A stretch of 64,000 nucleotides of DNA from positions 124,001-188,000 of IMG/VR virus record IMGVR_UViG_3300042934_000594; one strand, 5' to 3'. Positions within the stretch are counted from its first letter, which is position 1. Each line of letters starts with the position of its first letter. Made by a program: the position numbers and the translations under genes. The notes under the pieces are model-generated. The model was not told the DNA's origin, did not search any database, and saw only the letters and a program-made list of their open reading frames with translations. Shown piece by piece: positions 1 to 9,818 of the stretch.

Positions 1-435
1 GGCAGTCGTGACAAGGTCTTTGCCAGCTACGGGGGCGATGCGTTCTTCACCGTCCACCCGCCGTCGGCGCACAGCCTCGGCAAAGCGAAGAAAGACGCCC
101 CGGCCACGTACGAGGTGCCTGTAGGGACCCCAGCAGAGGTGCAGAAGCGCGCTGCCGACCTGTTGAAGATCATCAACGCTTTGGCCCAAAGCCGCAGCTT
201 TAAGGTGGATCTGACGCGGGAGTTGGATGACCTGGCCAGTGCTGCTGAAGCTTTGATCAAACGGGCTGAAGCCACCCATACGCCGGCCATTGCCATGGTG
301 CGTCAATTCACCAATGGTTGCGCCGCCGTGTCGCGTACGGGGTTGGGTAACTTCAACCAGGTGTACTACTACCTGGTCCGTGTACTCAAGACCAACCTGT
401 CGATCCTGCGGCGCGAGATCGAGATGTACCAATAA
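1..435 (+). CDS. Inner head protein (phiKZ gp93/95/162/163-like family), 5'-partial
   Basis: Frame is open from base 1 (GSRDKVFASYGG...) to TAA at 433-435. The helical C-terminus (GNFNQVYYYLVRVLKTNLSILRREIEMYQ) resembles that of the partial ORF at the right end of the window. It lies just upstream of other head-protein genes. Confidence 0.5.
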   Translation, partial: GSRDKVFASYGGDAFFTVHPPSAHSLGKAKKDAPATYEVPVGTPAEVQKRAADLLKIINALAQSRSFKVDLTRELDDLASAAEALIKRAEATHTPAIAMVRQFTNGCAAVSRTGLGNFNQVYYYLVRVLKTNLSILRREIEMYQ

Positions 436-443
436 CGGCATAC

Positions 444-469
444 GGCGGGGTCACCCCCCGCCTCTTTTT
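444..469 (+). terminator. Intrinsic terminator
   Basis: GGCGGGG/CCCCGCC stem followed by TCTTTTT. Confidence 0.7.
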
Positions 470-481
470 AGGAGCATCACA

Positions 482-1621
482 ATGGTGGGTATCAAATCGT
501 ACTTCGCCCCGCCACCGGGTGAACAAGGGGTTGCCCAGGCGGTGGATGGGGACGGCGAGCTGATCGAAGCCAACCCGGCGCAGTTGGCACGTCTGTTGGA
601 AGCGGATGACGAATCAGCCCGTCGGGTACTGGCCTACGTGGACAGCGTGGAGGCCTGGAAAGAACGCGTCAGCACCTACCAGGACCTGCTTCCCTTTCTG
701 GGGGTGGAAGGTTTCGGCGAAACGGTGTTGGAGTGGCTTAAGCAATTGATTTTGGCCATGGGGGATTTGATCAAAGAGTTCATGGAAGAACTCACTGCCG
801 GTGAGATGACCGCGCAGTGGATGATCATTGAAGCCCAGAACCTGATGACCATGTCGCGTGATCGGCGTTCCCTTAAGCAGGTCCCGTTCACCGTCTCGAC
901 GCGGGTGGCTAACCTGTCGATCCGCTACAAGCCCTGCAAGGACATCGCCGGACTGATCAACGGCTTGCGCGCCAACGAGCAGTTGTGCAATGCCTACTAC
1001 AATTACTGTGACCACACGCTAGGTCCAGGCATTGGTGGGGTACTGGCCGTGGCGCGTAACCACGGCAGTGCCAAGGAACTGGCTGACGCCATGCTTCAGA
1101 AATCCCCTCGGGCTATGATTGGCAGTGTGCTCAAGCCGATGACAGACCGTAACGGTGTGGGCTCAGGTCACATTCTGGGTAACGCCCGACTGGTCTTGAG
1201 CAGCCCTGAGTCAGAAGACCCGGTGCAAACCGTGCGTCAAACCCGACTGCGGGTCATGCCTTCTGACCCCAACCCACCGCCAATGCCTACCCAGGCGGTG
1301 TTTACCCCGTTTAACCTCAGTGCGTCGGATCAGTGCTTGAAGCAGGTGATCAGTTTGGCCACCTTACTCAAGAACCACAACACCAGCAGCGTGCGGGCAC
1401 GCCGTCGGGATCGTCTGGCGGAGATCACTCGGGTCATGACCCAGGTCACCAGCCAGATCCAAAACGCCACTGACGATGAAATCATCCGCGGCTATAAACA
1501 GGTGGTCGAATTACTCGATCAACTGAGCGACTGGCTGTCTGATCCCTTTATGGAATTATATAGCTTGACGTGCCGCAATATGCGAGCAGCCATCAACGTC
1601 TGCAACCTGAACGCGCGGTAA
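482..1621 (+). CDS. Putative virion head protein (phiKZ gp94-region)
   Basis: Start moved from 290 to ATG 482, which follows an AGGAG RBS. 379 aa, acidic N-terminus with LGVE/FGE candidate cleavage sites, flanked by head-protein genes. Confidence 0.5.
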   Translation: MVGIKSYFAPPPGEQGVAQAVDGDGELIEANPAQLARLLEADDESARRVLAYVDSVEAWKERVSTYQDLLPFLGVEGFGETVLEWLKQLILAMGDLIKEFMEELTAGEMTAQWMIIEAQNLMTMSRDRRSLKQVPFTVSTRVANLSIRYKPCKDIAGLINGLRANEQLCNAYYNYCDHTLGPGIGGVLAVARNHGSAKELADAMLQKSPRAMIGSVLKPMTDRNGVGSGHILGNARLVLSSPESEDPVQTVRQTRLRVMPSDPNPPPMPTQAVFTPFNLSASDQCLKQVISLATLLKNHNTSSVRARRRDRLAEITRVMTQVTSQIQNATDDEIIRGYKQVVELLDQLSDWLSDPFMELYSLTCRNMRAAINVCNLNAR

Positions 1622-1688
1622 TCTACGGCCCTGCTGCGCGAGCAGGGCTTCTCTTTTTAGGTCCACGACCACCCTGTACAAGGTACTC

Positions 1689-3020
1689 ATGATGAGCAAG
1701 TCGTCTCTGATGCAATACATCTCTAAAGAAGAGTTCGAAGGCGAACAGCCTGACGAAGTCGTTCAGGAAATGGGGCTGGAAATCCCCGAAGTACAACCGG
1801 ATGTCACGGAAGAAGTCGTGGCTGAAGCGGTGGAAGACGCCGAGTTCGAAGGCGAAGAAGAAGCCGAGCTGGCTGACGGCATCGACGAAGCCGGTGCTGC
1901 TTTGACCGAAGCCAACGACGAAGTTGCGGCCATCGAGCACTTCACCACCCTGCTCGAGCACGGCCTCAAGCACAAGCAGTTCAACCCACAGTTCGCGGTT
2001 CTGTGCCAGGAGAAAATGGGCAGCCTGAGCGAGAAGCTGGGTGTTGCACCGAAAGTTTCTCTGGAGCACTACGGTGCCAAGGACCTGGAAGCGTTCTACA
2101 CCGCCTCCCTGGAAACCTTCACCGGCCTGGGCAAGCGCATCGGCGACATCGGTCGTCGTGTGAACGAAGCCATCGACAGCGGCATCAACAACGCCCTGTT
2201 CACCAGCGGTCGTAAGAAGGCTGTCAAGGCCATCAACGCGCAGGCGGATGCCCTGATCACCGAACTGGGCAATGCCACGTTCGAAGGCACTGTCGAAGTC
2301 AGTGCCAAAGGTGTGGCCAAAGACCTCGCCGTCGGCAAGCAGTTCCCAAGCAACCTGGTGGGTGCCGTCAGCACTGACCAGAAGTTGACCAGCACGGCTG
2401 CCACCGCAGGCTTCAACGCGGTGACCAAGTACATGAACGATCTGTCTGGCTGCATCGACGGTGCCACCACCGCAGGCGGTCCAGGTAAAACCGGTGAGTG
2501 GGCCAAGAAGGCTGCTGGCCTGGCGACCCCATTCAAGGCGTTCCCAAGCGACCTGTACAGCGAAGGCTTGATGGGTGGCCTGGTACTGGAAGGCGACGAG
2601 AAGGGCAACAGCGGCGATACCCGCAGCGACATCCGCAGTATCGGCAAGAAAGCGCTGCCGACGGTGGGTAGCAATCGCGGCGCCTCGGGCGCTTCGACCG
2701 TGTCGTTGACCAAAGCGGACGTGACCAAGCTGATCCAATCGGCCAAAGTCTACGGCGCCATGGCTGACAAGCTGGTGACCACCGGCAACAACAACCTGCT
2801 GGCCAACCTGCGCAAGAACACCGAGAAGTACCAGCGCTGGGCCACCAGCGGCGACACGGCCACCTGGAGCGAGTCCAAGGACATCGGCTACATCGTGGAC
2901 CAGATGCCGACTGTGATCTGGCGCCACTTCCAGATCTACCGTGCACTGACCAACCACTGCATCGATACTGCTGAGGCGCTGCTCAAGCTCGCCAAGCAGG
3001 CAGTCAAGGCCGCCAAGTAA
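1689..3020 (+). CDS. Abundant inner head/ejection protein with acidic propeptide (phiKZ gp93/95/97-like)
   Basis: Very Glu-rich N-terminal ~120 aa ending in S-L-E motifs (KVSLEHY, ASLETF), typical of the phiKZ prohead-protease [SAG]-x-E sites. Strongly biased codons indicate high expression. Confidence 0.7.
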   Translation: MMSKSSLMQYISKEEFEGEQPDEVVQEMGLEIPEVQPDVTEEVVAEAVEDAEFEGEEEAELADGIDEAGAALTEANDEVAAIEHFTTLLEHGLKHKQFNPQFAVLCQEKMGSLSEKLGVAPKVSLEHYGAKDLEAFYTASLETFTGLGKRIGDIGRRVNEAIDSGINNALFTSGRKKAVKAINAQADALITELGNATFEGTVEVSAKGVAKDLAVGKQFPSNLVGAVSTDQKLTSTAATAGFNAVTKYMNDLSGCIDGATTAGGPGKTGEWAKKAAGLATPFKAFPSDLYSEGLMGGLVLEGDEKGNSGDTRSDIRSIGKKALPTVGSNRGASGASTVSLTKADVTKLIQSAKVYGAMADKLVTTGNNNLLANLRKNTEKYQRWATSGDTATWSESKDIGYIVDQMPTVIWRHFQIYRALTNHCIDTAEALLKLAKQAVKAAK

Positions 3021-3027
3021 GCTTAGT

Positions 3028-3059
3028 CGGGGTGCCTGCGGGCGCCCCGCTATGCCGTC
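3028..3059 (+). terminator. Hairpin followed by TATGCCGTC (repeated element)
   Basis: CGGGGTGCC-TGCG-GGCGCCCCG stem, then C-TATGCCGTC. Confidence 0.6.
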
Positions 3060-3099
3060 TGTGCGATCTTATGAATGAACCCTTCCCTTGGAGCTTTCC

Positions 3100-4809
3100 A
3101 TGCCTCATGCCCGAATTCCCTTGCCGGATGTTTACGAATCCGTCATTCGACGCGTGGCGGTGGACGTCACCGCACAGTTGGCCCGTGTGATGAACCTGCC
3201 GGAGGAAACCCAAGTCTTCCTACCCGGTAACACCGATGTCGTCCCCATGAACGGTGGTACCTTTGGTGAGTGCTGCGTCAACCCTGTCAAGATGTCTTCC
3301 ACTGAACGGTTGAAAGTGACGTACCGTGAAGAGGCGGACGAATCGTTCACCCTGACCACCAACGTGAACAACAAGGAAATGCCCCCGTTGTTCATCGACC
3401 GGAACCTGGGGATTGACGTCCGGCAGATTGATCGCTTCGTGACCCTGACGGCTACGTTTGAATACACCGCCCCCAGCATTGTGATCGCCCAGCGCTGGAT
3501 CGATGACATGCGTAACCGGATCTCGATTGGTGGGGCTGAGCTGTACCAGACCTTGCATTACAACTACGCCATCCCCAAGCCATTGATGGTTTTACTCAAA
3601 GCGCTCTATGAGACGCAGGAGCGCTCGGCCTGGCCGACGGGTGCCACGTATGAGGAGTGGATCGCGGCACGCTTTACCGTACCGACGACCGTTCTGGCCA
3701 CCTTGGGCAATACCGACCAGACCCTGGCTGTACCCCAGCACCAGGAAGAGGTCCTGGGGTGGTTTGACTTTACGTCCACCCCAGAAGAGCCCGTCAAGGA
3801 CAGTGAAGGTACGGGGACCTACACCACCTCGTTCTCCTACCAACTGCGCTACGGGCGCCCCAACCAGGTGTATGTGCGGTTTCCCATGTTGGTGCACCAA
3901 CGCCCGATTCCGCGGTTGTTCCGGGACAAGGAACCGTATCAGACGTACATGGCCAAGACCCGTAAGGTCTCCACGACTAAAGGTAGCTTTGATCGGATGA
4001 TGGCCCTGATGCGGGCTAACGTCTTGCCGTACGTGCATTATCCCAACACCGATGACTTTGTAACGGATCGCATCCCGGCAGGGCGCTTGACGTTCTTCAC
4101 CGGGTTGATGATGCTCAAGCCTGATGACCTGCGCTCGGTGTGTGATTTGTCCAACCTGGGCGAGTACCGGTTTAACCCGTACTTCCTGGAGTACTTCTAC
4201 CACATGGGGGACAAGCTGTTTCGTCAGGACCAGTCCATCATTGAGTTTCGGCTCTATGAGAATGAAACCCTGCGCAGTGACATCCCTTTAACCATTATGC
4301 CCGGTACGGTACGGGTGGTGGCCAAAGTGGACTTGGACCCTACCAAGGTGTACCACGTGCAGATTTCATTGATCCGTAACTGGATGACCCTGACCCGTGA
4401 CACGTTGCAGTGCCTACGCCGCTACCCACATGTTCTCTACCACACCCTCAAAGCCTTGAACGTGAACTTAGGGGGTGCCGACGTCTACGGCAACCTTAAG
4501 CTGCTGGGTAAAGACAACCCCCGGCCGTACTCACCGGTCTGCCCGGGTGAAGGTTGGACCGTGGGTCCTTACGTCCCCGATCACCCTATCGGGGGACCGG
4601 GTCATGGTGGTGTGGTCGTGCCGGGGCAACCGTGGACCAACTTGGACAAACCCACCCGGGAAACGTTTGACAATTCCGGGGTGGTTAAAATCATTGACAT
4701 CGACAAGGCCGTTAAGGACACCGATGGGGTCGCACGCAGTGGTTGGCGCGCTGCACCTCTGACGGTCATGTACCTGGGCATCGTCACCTACATTCACAAA
4801 GAGGCCTGA
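3100..4809 (+). CDS. Virion structural protein (phiKZ gp98-like by synteny)
   Basis: ATG 3100 after a GGAG RBS; 569 aa; first gene of a tightly packed four-gene operon after the head-protein cluster. Confidence 0.55.
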   Translation: MPHARIPLPDVYESVIRRVAVDVTAQLARVMNLPEETQVFLPGNTDVVPMNGGTFGECCVNPVKMSSTERLKVTYREEADESFTLTTNVNNKEMPPLFIDRNLGIDVRQIDRFVTLTATFEYTAPSIVIAQRWIDDMRNRISIGGAELYQTLHYNYAIPKPLMVLLKALYETQERSAWPTGATYEEWIAARFTVPTTVLATLGNTDQTLAVPQHQEEVLGWFDFTSTPEEPVKDSEGTGTYTTSFSYQLRYGRPNQVYVRFPMLVHQRPIPRLFRDKEPYQTYMAKTRKVSTTKGSFDRMMALMRANVLPYVHYPNTDDFVTDRIPAGRLTFFTGLMMLKPDDLRSVCDLSNLGEYRFNPYFLEYFYHMGDKLFRQDQSIIEFRLYENETLRSDIPLTIMPGTVRVVAKVDLDPTKVYHVQISLIRNWMTLTRDTLQCLRRYPHVLYHTLKALNVNLGGADVYGNLKLLGKDNPRPYSPVCPGEGWTVGPYVPDHPIGGPGHGGVVVPGQPWTNLDKPTRETFDNSGVVKIIDIDKAVKDTDGVARSGWRAAPLTVMYLGIVTYIHKEA

Positions 4810-4810
4810 G

Positions 4811-6223
4811 ATGGACAACCCCCTGTTTGAAGAGATTGAAGACCTGCCGGCCCCACCGCCGCAGGAACAGATCAAGGTACACGCCTCACCCCCGGCGTAC
4901 CGGGGCATCACCATCGACACCAAGTACGTCCCGTCTTCGGCACTGTTGACTTGGATCGAAGGGTCGAACTGGACGGTGGACTACTACCAACAGTTGTTGA
5001 ACCGCGACACGGAGCCCACGCCTCAAGCGCTGCACCGGGACCCGATCCACCAGCAGTACCGCCTGCTGAAGAAGCTGAGCCTTAAGGTCACCAGCCCGTT
5101 GTCGTTCTCCCAAGACCCTCAAACGCGCCTGATGACTGCCACCGGTGCCGGGGTCACGTACCCTTTCATGGTGGCCAACGAAGGGGACATGTTCATCGCG
5201 GACATCGGCGATGGCCGTCCGGGTATCTTCACAATCACCCGCTCCACCCGGGCCACGTTGTTGATGGACTCGGTGTACAACGTGGAATGGACCATGGTGT
5301 GCCCATGGGACCAAGCCCGTCAGGACGACCTGGACCGCAAGACGCAGGAGAAGTACCACTACTCCGCGCAGTCTTTGTCCAGTGGGTGTGGTCCGTTCAT
5401 CACCGATCAAGACGTCAAGCGTCACGAAGACTACGGCAAGTTCTACAGCGAGATCATCAAGCGCTACTTCACGGACTTCTTCAGTCAGGAGCACAGCACG
5501 CTGTTGATGCCGGATCAATTGGTCAAGACCTACGATCACTTCGTCACCAAGGCTGTGCACCAGCTGTTCGACCTGAAGGACGATCTGCGTGTGCGCCGGA
5601 CACGGGTGCTTAACTGTGACGGTGAGAACGTCATGCAGCAGCCTACCGTGTGGGACGCCATCCTGCGCCGTGACCCTGCGCGTCTGTATGGATGTACGCA
5701 GAAGGCTAATCTTGTGTCGACCAACTATTTCAAAGGTCGCCCCACGTTACAAGCCATGGGTTACACCGGGATCTCGCGCATTGCGTACCCGGAAGACGCC
5801 CCGACGGACGTGGACAGCCAGTACGACCGGGAGAACACGCACCTGCCCATTGGCATCCCGTACCGTGAAGGCTTGCCCCGTCGTCCCCTGCCAGGGCCGT
5901 ACATGACCCAAGCCGAGCGCAGCCTACCGTTCTTTCGCCGGCTGCCTGATGACCTGTCTTCGGACATCCCGGCCTGGAAACTACCCCCGACGATTAAGCC
6001 GGTGGTCGTGGACAGCTACTACATGTTCAGTGAGGCCTTCTACACCCAGCAGCGACACCTGATGTCCAAGTTGGAGTTGTTGACCACCTCGCTGATCCTC
6101 AAAGAAGAAATGAACTACAGTCAGCTCGATGCCGTACTCGACAGTGTGTACGACTGGGATAACTTGGAACGTTTCTATTACCACCCTGTTGTTATTGCGC
6201 TGCTTAAGGCGGCGGTGAGGTAA
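4811..6223 (+). CDS. Virion structural protein (phiKZ gp99-like by synteny)
   Basis: 470-aa ORF starting 1 nt after the upstream stop. Confidence 0.55.
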   Translation: MDNPLFEEIEDLPAPPPQEQIKVHASPPAYRGITIDTKYVPSSALLTWIEGSNWTVDYYQQLLNRDTEPTPQALHRDPIHQQYRLLKKLSLKVTSPLSFSQDPQTRLMTATGAGVTYPFMVANEGDMFIADIGDGRPGIFTITRSTRATLLMDSVYNVEWTMVCPWDQARQDDLDRKTQEKYHYSAQSLSSGCGPFITDQDVKRHEDYGKFYSEIIKRYFTDFFSQEHSTLLMPDQLVKTYDHFVTKAVHQLFDLKDDLRVRRTRVLNCDGENVMQQPTVWDAILRRDPARLYGCTQKANLVSTNYFKGRPTLQAMGYTGISRIAYPEDAPTDVDSQYDRENTHLPIGIPYREGLPRRPLPGPYMTQAERSLPFFRRLPDDLSSDIPAWKLPPTIKPVVVDSYYMFSEAFYTQQRHLMSKLELLTTSLILKEEMNYSQLDAVLDSVYDWDNLERFYYHPVVIALLKAAVR

Positions 6224-6226
6224 GGC

Positions 6227-6817
6227 ATGAAAACTCCACCTGAGGTCGACCGCAAGACGGCGGCCTACCGGCTGTTTCACTGGAAGTACCAAGTGCGTAT
6301 TCCCCGTTCATTGATGGAGTCTTCGGAATACATCAATAACGTGGGCTATCACGTCAGCGGTGATGCCCGGGTGGATGCCATGCAGTCCACCTCGGTGTTG
6401 GTCATGAACCAAACGGCCGCCGGGATTGCGATTCTGCATTCCCAGGGAGCACCGGTCGATGATTTCCTGTTCTTGAAGAAGTCAGATGCTGCCGACGTCT
6501 ACACCGATATCCAAGAGCACCTGCAAGATTGGAAGCGGGTGACCTACCAGGGCATTCACCCCAATGACTGCCCGCCCATCGAAGACTTCCGGATGTTTGA
6601 GGCAGTGGCGATGGCGTTGTACCGCACGGCTAAGTTCTACGAGCCGGACGAGGCCAGTGGTAACGAATTGCGTGACCGGATCATGATGTTGCACCGCAGT
6701 CGTAACCCGGTGGGAACCGATCGCTACCTGCGCAACAAGATCACGGACGACAAAGGGCAACTGCGCGGCTACGAGTCGATTGTGGACGCTATCGAATCTC
6801 AAATGCTTGAGGGCTGA
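6227..6817 (+). CDS. Conserved hypothetical protein (phiKZ gp100-like by synteny)
   Basis: 196-aa ORF in the operon. Confidence 0.5.
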   Translation: MKTPPEVDRKTAAYRLFHWKYQVRIPRSLMESSEYINNVGYHVSGDARVDAMQSTSVLVMNQTAAGIAILHSQGAPVDDFLFLKKSDAADVYTDIQEHLQDWKRVTYQGIHPNDCPPIEDFRMFEAVAMALYRTAKFYEPDEASGNELRDRIMMLHRSRNPVGTDRYLRNKITDDKGQLRGYESIVDAIESQMLEG

Positions 6818-6819
6818 GC

Positions 6820-8187
6820 ATGTCTACCGACGCTACGTTAATGTACAAGGAAGCCGACGCCATCCGTTTGGAAGGCGAGTCACGGGCTAACTATGGCATG
6901 TCCTGTCAACTGTTGGTCAAAGGGCAGTGGCTGAAACCCTACCGCCTGGACCTGTGGCACTTGCACCGCGATTACGTCAAAGGCTTTGGTGATGCGGTGG
7001 TCATCGAGATGATGATGGGCATGGGCACCTACACCTACCAGCTGATCCCCAACCGGGATGACTTGCAGGTGGAGTTGGTGTTTACTCCCATGGCGGAGAA
7101 CAGTGACAAGCAGCGTACCGACACCCGGGTGACGACAGTCCGCTTGCGGGCGATCCTGATGGAGCAGGACAACCAAGCGTTGGTTGGGCGGCACTCACAG
7201 GCCACTGACGAGGAAACGTTGAACCTGGCGAACTACAAGCAGGTGCAACTGCAACTGGTCAGTGAAGCCACGTATAAAGCTCGACTGCAATCGGTGGGTC
7301 GTGGGTTTCGTAAGATGTCCCCTATGGACGTCCTGCGTACGCTGCTGACTGAGTCGGTGGCCATGTTTGGGGGTAAAGATGCGGATCGAATCCAGGGCAT
7401 TGCCAGCATCTCCCCAGGGTTTAATACTGAGGTGCGCAATCAAATAGAAATCCCGCATGGCACGCGCCTGCCGGGCGTATGCGATTTACTTCAGAACAAG
7501 GAAGGCGGGTTGTACCCCACTGGGGCCGGTGCCTACCTTCAGGATAACTTCTGGTACATCTACTCGCTGTATGACACCGCGCAGTTCAAGAAGGCCAAGA
7601 AGACCCTGACCGTGCTCAACGTACCCAAGAACCGGTACTACGGCACAGAGCGTACGTACCGAGTGCAAGGGGATGCGTTGACGATCCTGGTAGCGGGTGA
7701 CGCCTCTGCCTTGGACACCTCGTTCATGGCCAAACTTAATGCCGGTAACGGCTTTCGAGTGGCAGACGCCCGTAAGCTCTTTGACTTTGGGATTGTCAAA
7801 GACAACAAGATGTTGATTGATCGGGCCACCAACGTGTTTGAGGTGGTGACTGACCAGATGAAGAATGGACTCAACAACGTTGCCTGGAGCGCTGATCGGG
7901 CCACCAGTAACCCGTACAAGCACTACACCGACCAGGCCGCCCGACAGGGACAGCAGGTTAAGGTGGAGTGGCAGCACGGGGACAGTGACTTGATTCTGCC
8001 CGGGATGCCAGTGAAGTTTCTGACCACGGACAAAGACCAACTGCGCACCTACTATGGGCGCGTCCACGAGGTTGATGAGCAGCGTGCTCCAGCGGAAGCC
8101 GGGGCCAATGCGTCACGCTACCCCGGTATGGTGACCCTGTCTCTGTTCCTGACCCCAAGTCAGGATCCGTTGGATCAGCCGACATAA
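6820..8187 (+). CDS. Virion tail protein, possible baseplate hub (phiKZ gp101-like)
   Basis: 455 aa; beta-rich N-half and a C-terminal barrel-like segment (QHGDSDLILPGMPVKF) reminiscent of gp27/GpD-type hubs; synteny. Confidence 0.45.
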   Translation: MSTDATLMYKEADAIRLEGESRANYGMSCQLLVKGQWLKPYRLDLWHLHRDYVKGFGDAVVIEMMMGMGTYTYQLIPNRDDLQVELVFTPMAENSDKQRTDTRVTTVRLRAILMEQDNQALVGRHSQATDEETLNLANYKQVQLQLVSEATYKARLQSVGRGFRKMSPMDVLRTLLTESVAMFGGKDADRIQGIASISPGFNTEVRNQIEIPHGTRLPGVCDLLQNKEGGLYPTGAGAYLQDNFWYIYSLYDTAQFKKAKKTLTVLNVPKNRYYGTERTYRVQGDALTILVAGDASALDTSFMAKLNAGNGFRVADARKLFDFGIVKDNKMLIDRATNVFEVVTDQMKNGLNNVAWSADRATSNPYKHYTDQAARQGQQVKVEWQHGDSDLILPGMPVKFLTTDKDQLRTYYGRVHEVDEQRAPAEAGANASRYPGMVTLSLFLTPSQDPLDQPT

Positions 8188-8189
8188 AC

Positions 8190-8215
8190 GACGCCCTTCG
8201 GGGCGTCCTCTATTT
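8190..8215 (+). terminator. Intrinsic terminator
   Basis: GACGCCC-TTCG-GGGCGTC with a UUCG tetraloop. Confidence 0.65.
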
Positions 8216-8227
8216 CTTAAGGTAGAT

Positions 8228-8626
8228 ATGAGCATTAGCCAAAATGTCTACCTGCCGGTAGATCCTTTGTGGGCGTACAACTTCATTGGGGCCGTGGAAG
8301 AGCACGGGCTCTTGGAGACGGACCAGATACGGGTGTGCTTGAGCCATGCCATGCAGTATTTGCAAGTGCGCCATAACTTCATCAGCGGTGCACAACGCGG
8401 TCAGAATGACCCAGTGACGTTTAACAACGCCATGCAGACGCTACAAAAGAAAGCCAGCTTCTTAGGGGAAGTACCCTTTGCCACATTTCAGTATTACTGG
8501 GAGGCCCTGTACCGCAGCCTACGGGTTCCCTTAAGCCATCTGCCGTATCCAATCATTGACACCCACGTGGTAGCCGATGAGAACGCAGACCTGAAAGGGA
8601 CTGTGGTGGAAGTGCGATTGCAGTGA
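8228..8626 (+). CDS. Hypothetical protein
   Basis: 132-aa ORF after an AAGGT RBS. Confidence 0.6.
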   Translation: MSISQNVYLPVDPLWAYNFIGAVEEHGLLETDQIRVCLSHAMQYLQVRHNFISGAQRGQNDPVTFNNAMQTLQKKASFLGEVPFATFQYYWEALYRSLRVPLSHLPYPIIDTHVVADENADLKGTVVEVRLQ

Positions 8627-8628
8627 AC

Positions 8629-8652
8629 TTGACACCTACATTACTGAGGTGA
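8629..8652 (+). promoter_or_regulatory. Putative early (virion RNAP) promoter, copy 1
   Basis: TTGACACC-TACATTAC-TGAG-GTGA; same spacing as copies at 9232, 11130 and 12370; core resembles the phiKZ early TATATTAC motif. Confidence 0.7.
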
Positions 8653-8670
8653 CTAACCTGGAGCTTGAAC

Positions 8671-8793
8671 ATGGACTTGAACCAACGTAACCCCATTCCC
8701 AAGTACCCCGCACCCTGGTGGAACGAAAAGCACCTGGCTGTGGTTTTTCTCATTGCACTGGTGGCTAGCGGCTGTCAGTTCGGCTGGACGTAG
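8671..8793 (+). CDS. Membrane micro-protein (40 aa)
   Basis: MDLNQRNPIPKYPAPWWNEKHLAVVFLIALVASGCQFGWT; GGAG RBS; below the ORF-track size cutoff. Confidence 0.55.
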   Translation: MDLNQRNPIPKYPAPWWNEKHLAVVFLIALVASGCQFGWT

Positions 8794-8801
8794 GAGGCTG
8801 T

Positions 8802-9182
8802 ATGGGTATTGCCTTTGGTGTGGTGTTGTTTATGATCTTCTGTGTGGGGATTGTGGCGCTGTATAAGCGCGCCTGCAACGTGTTAGAGCGCGCAGGCACC
8901 CTGAACCCGCTCAAGCGTAAAGAAGGGCAGCTAGCGCCTCTGGTGCGCTCGCTGGAACGAGAAGGGTTCTTTGCCGTCCCCTCCCGGGGTGGTCAAGGCC
9001 TGGTGTTGGTCACCAATGACTTCCTGTCAGAGATGGTGACCTTGGCGGCCAAAGAAAAGCGCTTCGCTTGGGAACTACCCCGCTACGAATTGGTGGTGCG
9101 AGAATTCCCTGAGTCGTCCACGTACAGCCATCAACTGTGTTCGCGCTCTCATGCGATTGGTTTTAACTGGCAGCATAACTGA
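8802..9182 (+). CDS. Hypothetical protein with N-terminal transmembrane helix
   Basis: AGGAGG RBS; MGIAFGVVLFMIFCVGIVALYKR. Confidence 0.65.
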   Translation: MGIAFGVVLFMIFCVGIVALYKRACNVLERAGTLNPLKRKEGQLAPLVRSLEREGFFAVPSRGGQGLVLVTNDFLSEMVTLAAKEKRFAWELPRYELVVREFPESSTYSHQLCSRSHAIGFNWQHN

Positions 9183-9210
9183 CGCTCCCCTGTGGGAGCG
9201 TTTATGCCGC
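9182..9210 (+). terminator. Hairpin followed by TTATGCCGC (repeated element)
   Basis: ACGCTCCC-CTGT-GGGAGCGT then TTATGCCGC. Confidence 0.6.
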
Positions 9211-9231
9211 ATTTAGTTGATTCCAAAATAT

Positions 9232-9255
9232 TTGAGACCTATATAGCTAGGGTGA
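9232..9255 (+). promoter_or_regulatory. Putative early promoter, copy 2
   Basis: TTGAGACC-TATATAGC-TAGG-GTGA, with AT-rich upstream sequence. Confidence 0.7.
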
Positions 9256-9300
9256 GAAGGAACAATGATGTTCCACTACACCATCCCTTTAGGAGGGAAT

Positions 9301-9486
9301 ATGTTTAGCTTTCTGACCATCAACAGCAACACTAGCAAAACTGAAGCCCTCCGTAAGGAGCGCATGCACACTGAACGCCTGTTCGCCCAGGCCATGCGCA
9401 TGTACGGCGTCAGCTCGTCCCAGGCTAAAAAGCACGACGAACACCTGACCAAACTGGAACGTCAGCTAGAAGCCCTCGCGGCCTAA
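9301..9486 (+). CDS. Small hypothetical protein (61 aa)
   Basis: AGGAGG RBS before ATG 9301. Confidence 0.6.
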   Translation: MFSFLTINSNTSKTEALRKERMHTERLFAQAMRMYGVSSSQAKKHDEHLTKLERQLEALAA

Positions 9487-9494
9487 GGAATCCC

Positions 9495-9653
9495 ATGCAA
9501 CTGTGCGACGAAATGAAAGACCAGATCAACGCCGACATCCAGCAAGCACAGGAAGAACACGGCGTCTTTACGGCGCTGGACGCACTGGCTGACAGCTTGG
9601 TCGATTTTTACACCCAGGGGCATACCAGCCCTACCGTACCTAATCAGGAGTAA
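9495..9653 (+). CDS. Small acidic hypothetical protein (52 aa)
   Basis: MQLCDEMKDQINADIQQAQEEHGVFTALDALADSLVDFYTQGHTSPTVPNQE; AAGGA RBS. Confidence 0.55.
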   Translation: MQLCDEMKDQINADIQQAQEEHGVFTALDALADSLVDFYTQGHTSPTVPNQE

Positions 9654-9657
9654 CACC

Positions 9658-9816
9658 ATGAACACTGAAAACGAAAAGCCGGAAGTGGACCAAGAAACCC
9701 AGGAAATGTTCGAAGCGATTGGCCATGGTCTCGCCTTGGGCGTGGCCTGCGCTGTACTGACCGTCGTCGGCCTGGTGGTCGGCGGTAAAATCAACGATGC
9801 AGTCCTGGGGCGCTAA
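9658..9816 (+). CDS. Membrane micro-protein (52 aa)
   Basis: MNTENEKPEVDQETQEMFEAIGHGLALGVACAVLTVVGLVVGGKINDAVLGR; AGGAG RBS. Confidence 0.6.
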   Translation: MNTENEKPEVDQETQEMFEAIGHGLALGVACAVLTVVGLVVGGKINDAVLGR

Positions 9817-9818
9817 TC

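Noticed and set aside
290-481. N-terminal extension of the 290-1621 ORF
   Set aside because: It overlaps the upstream gene and its terminator; the RBS supports ATG 482.
6221-6229. In-frame TAA-GGC-ATG junction as a readthrough site
   Set aside because: UAA is a strong stop, the downstream gene has its own start, and there is no extra evidence; in-frame spacing is expected by chance.
8629-8652. Sigma70 -35/-10 reading of TTGACA...TACATT
   Set aside because: Spacing is far shorter than 17 bp; better explained by the phage-specific motif.
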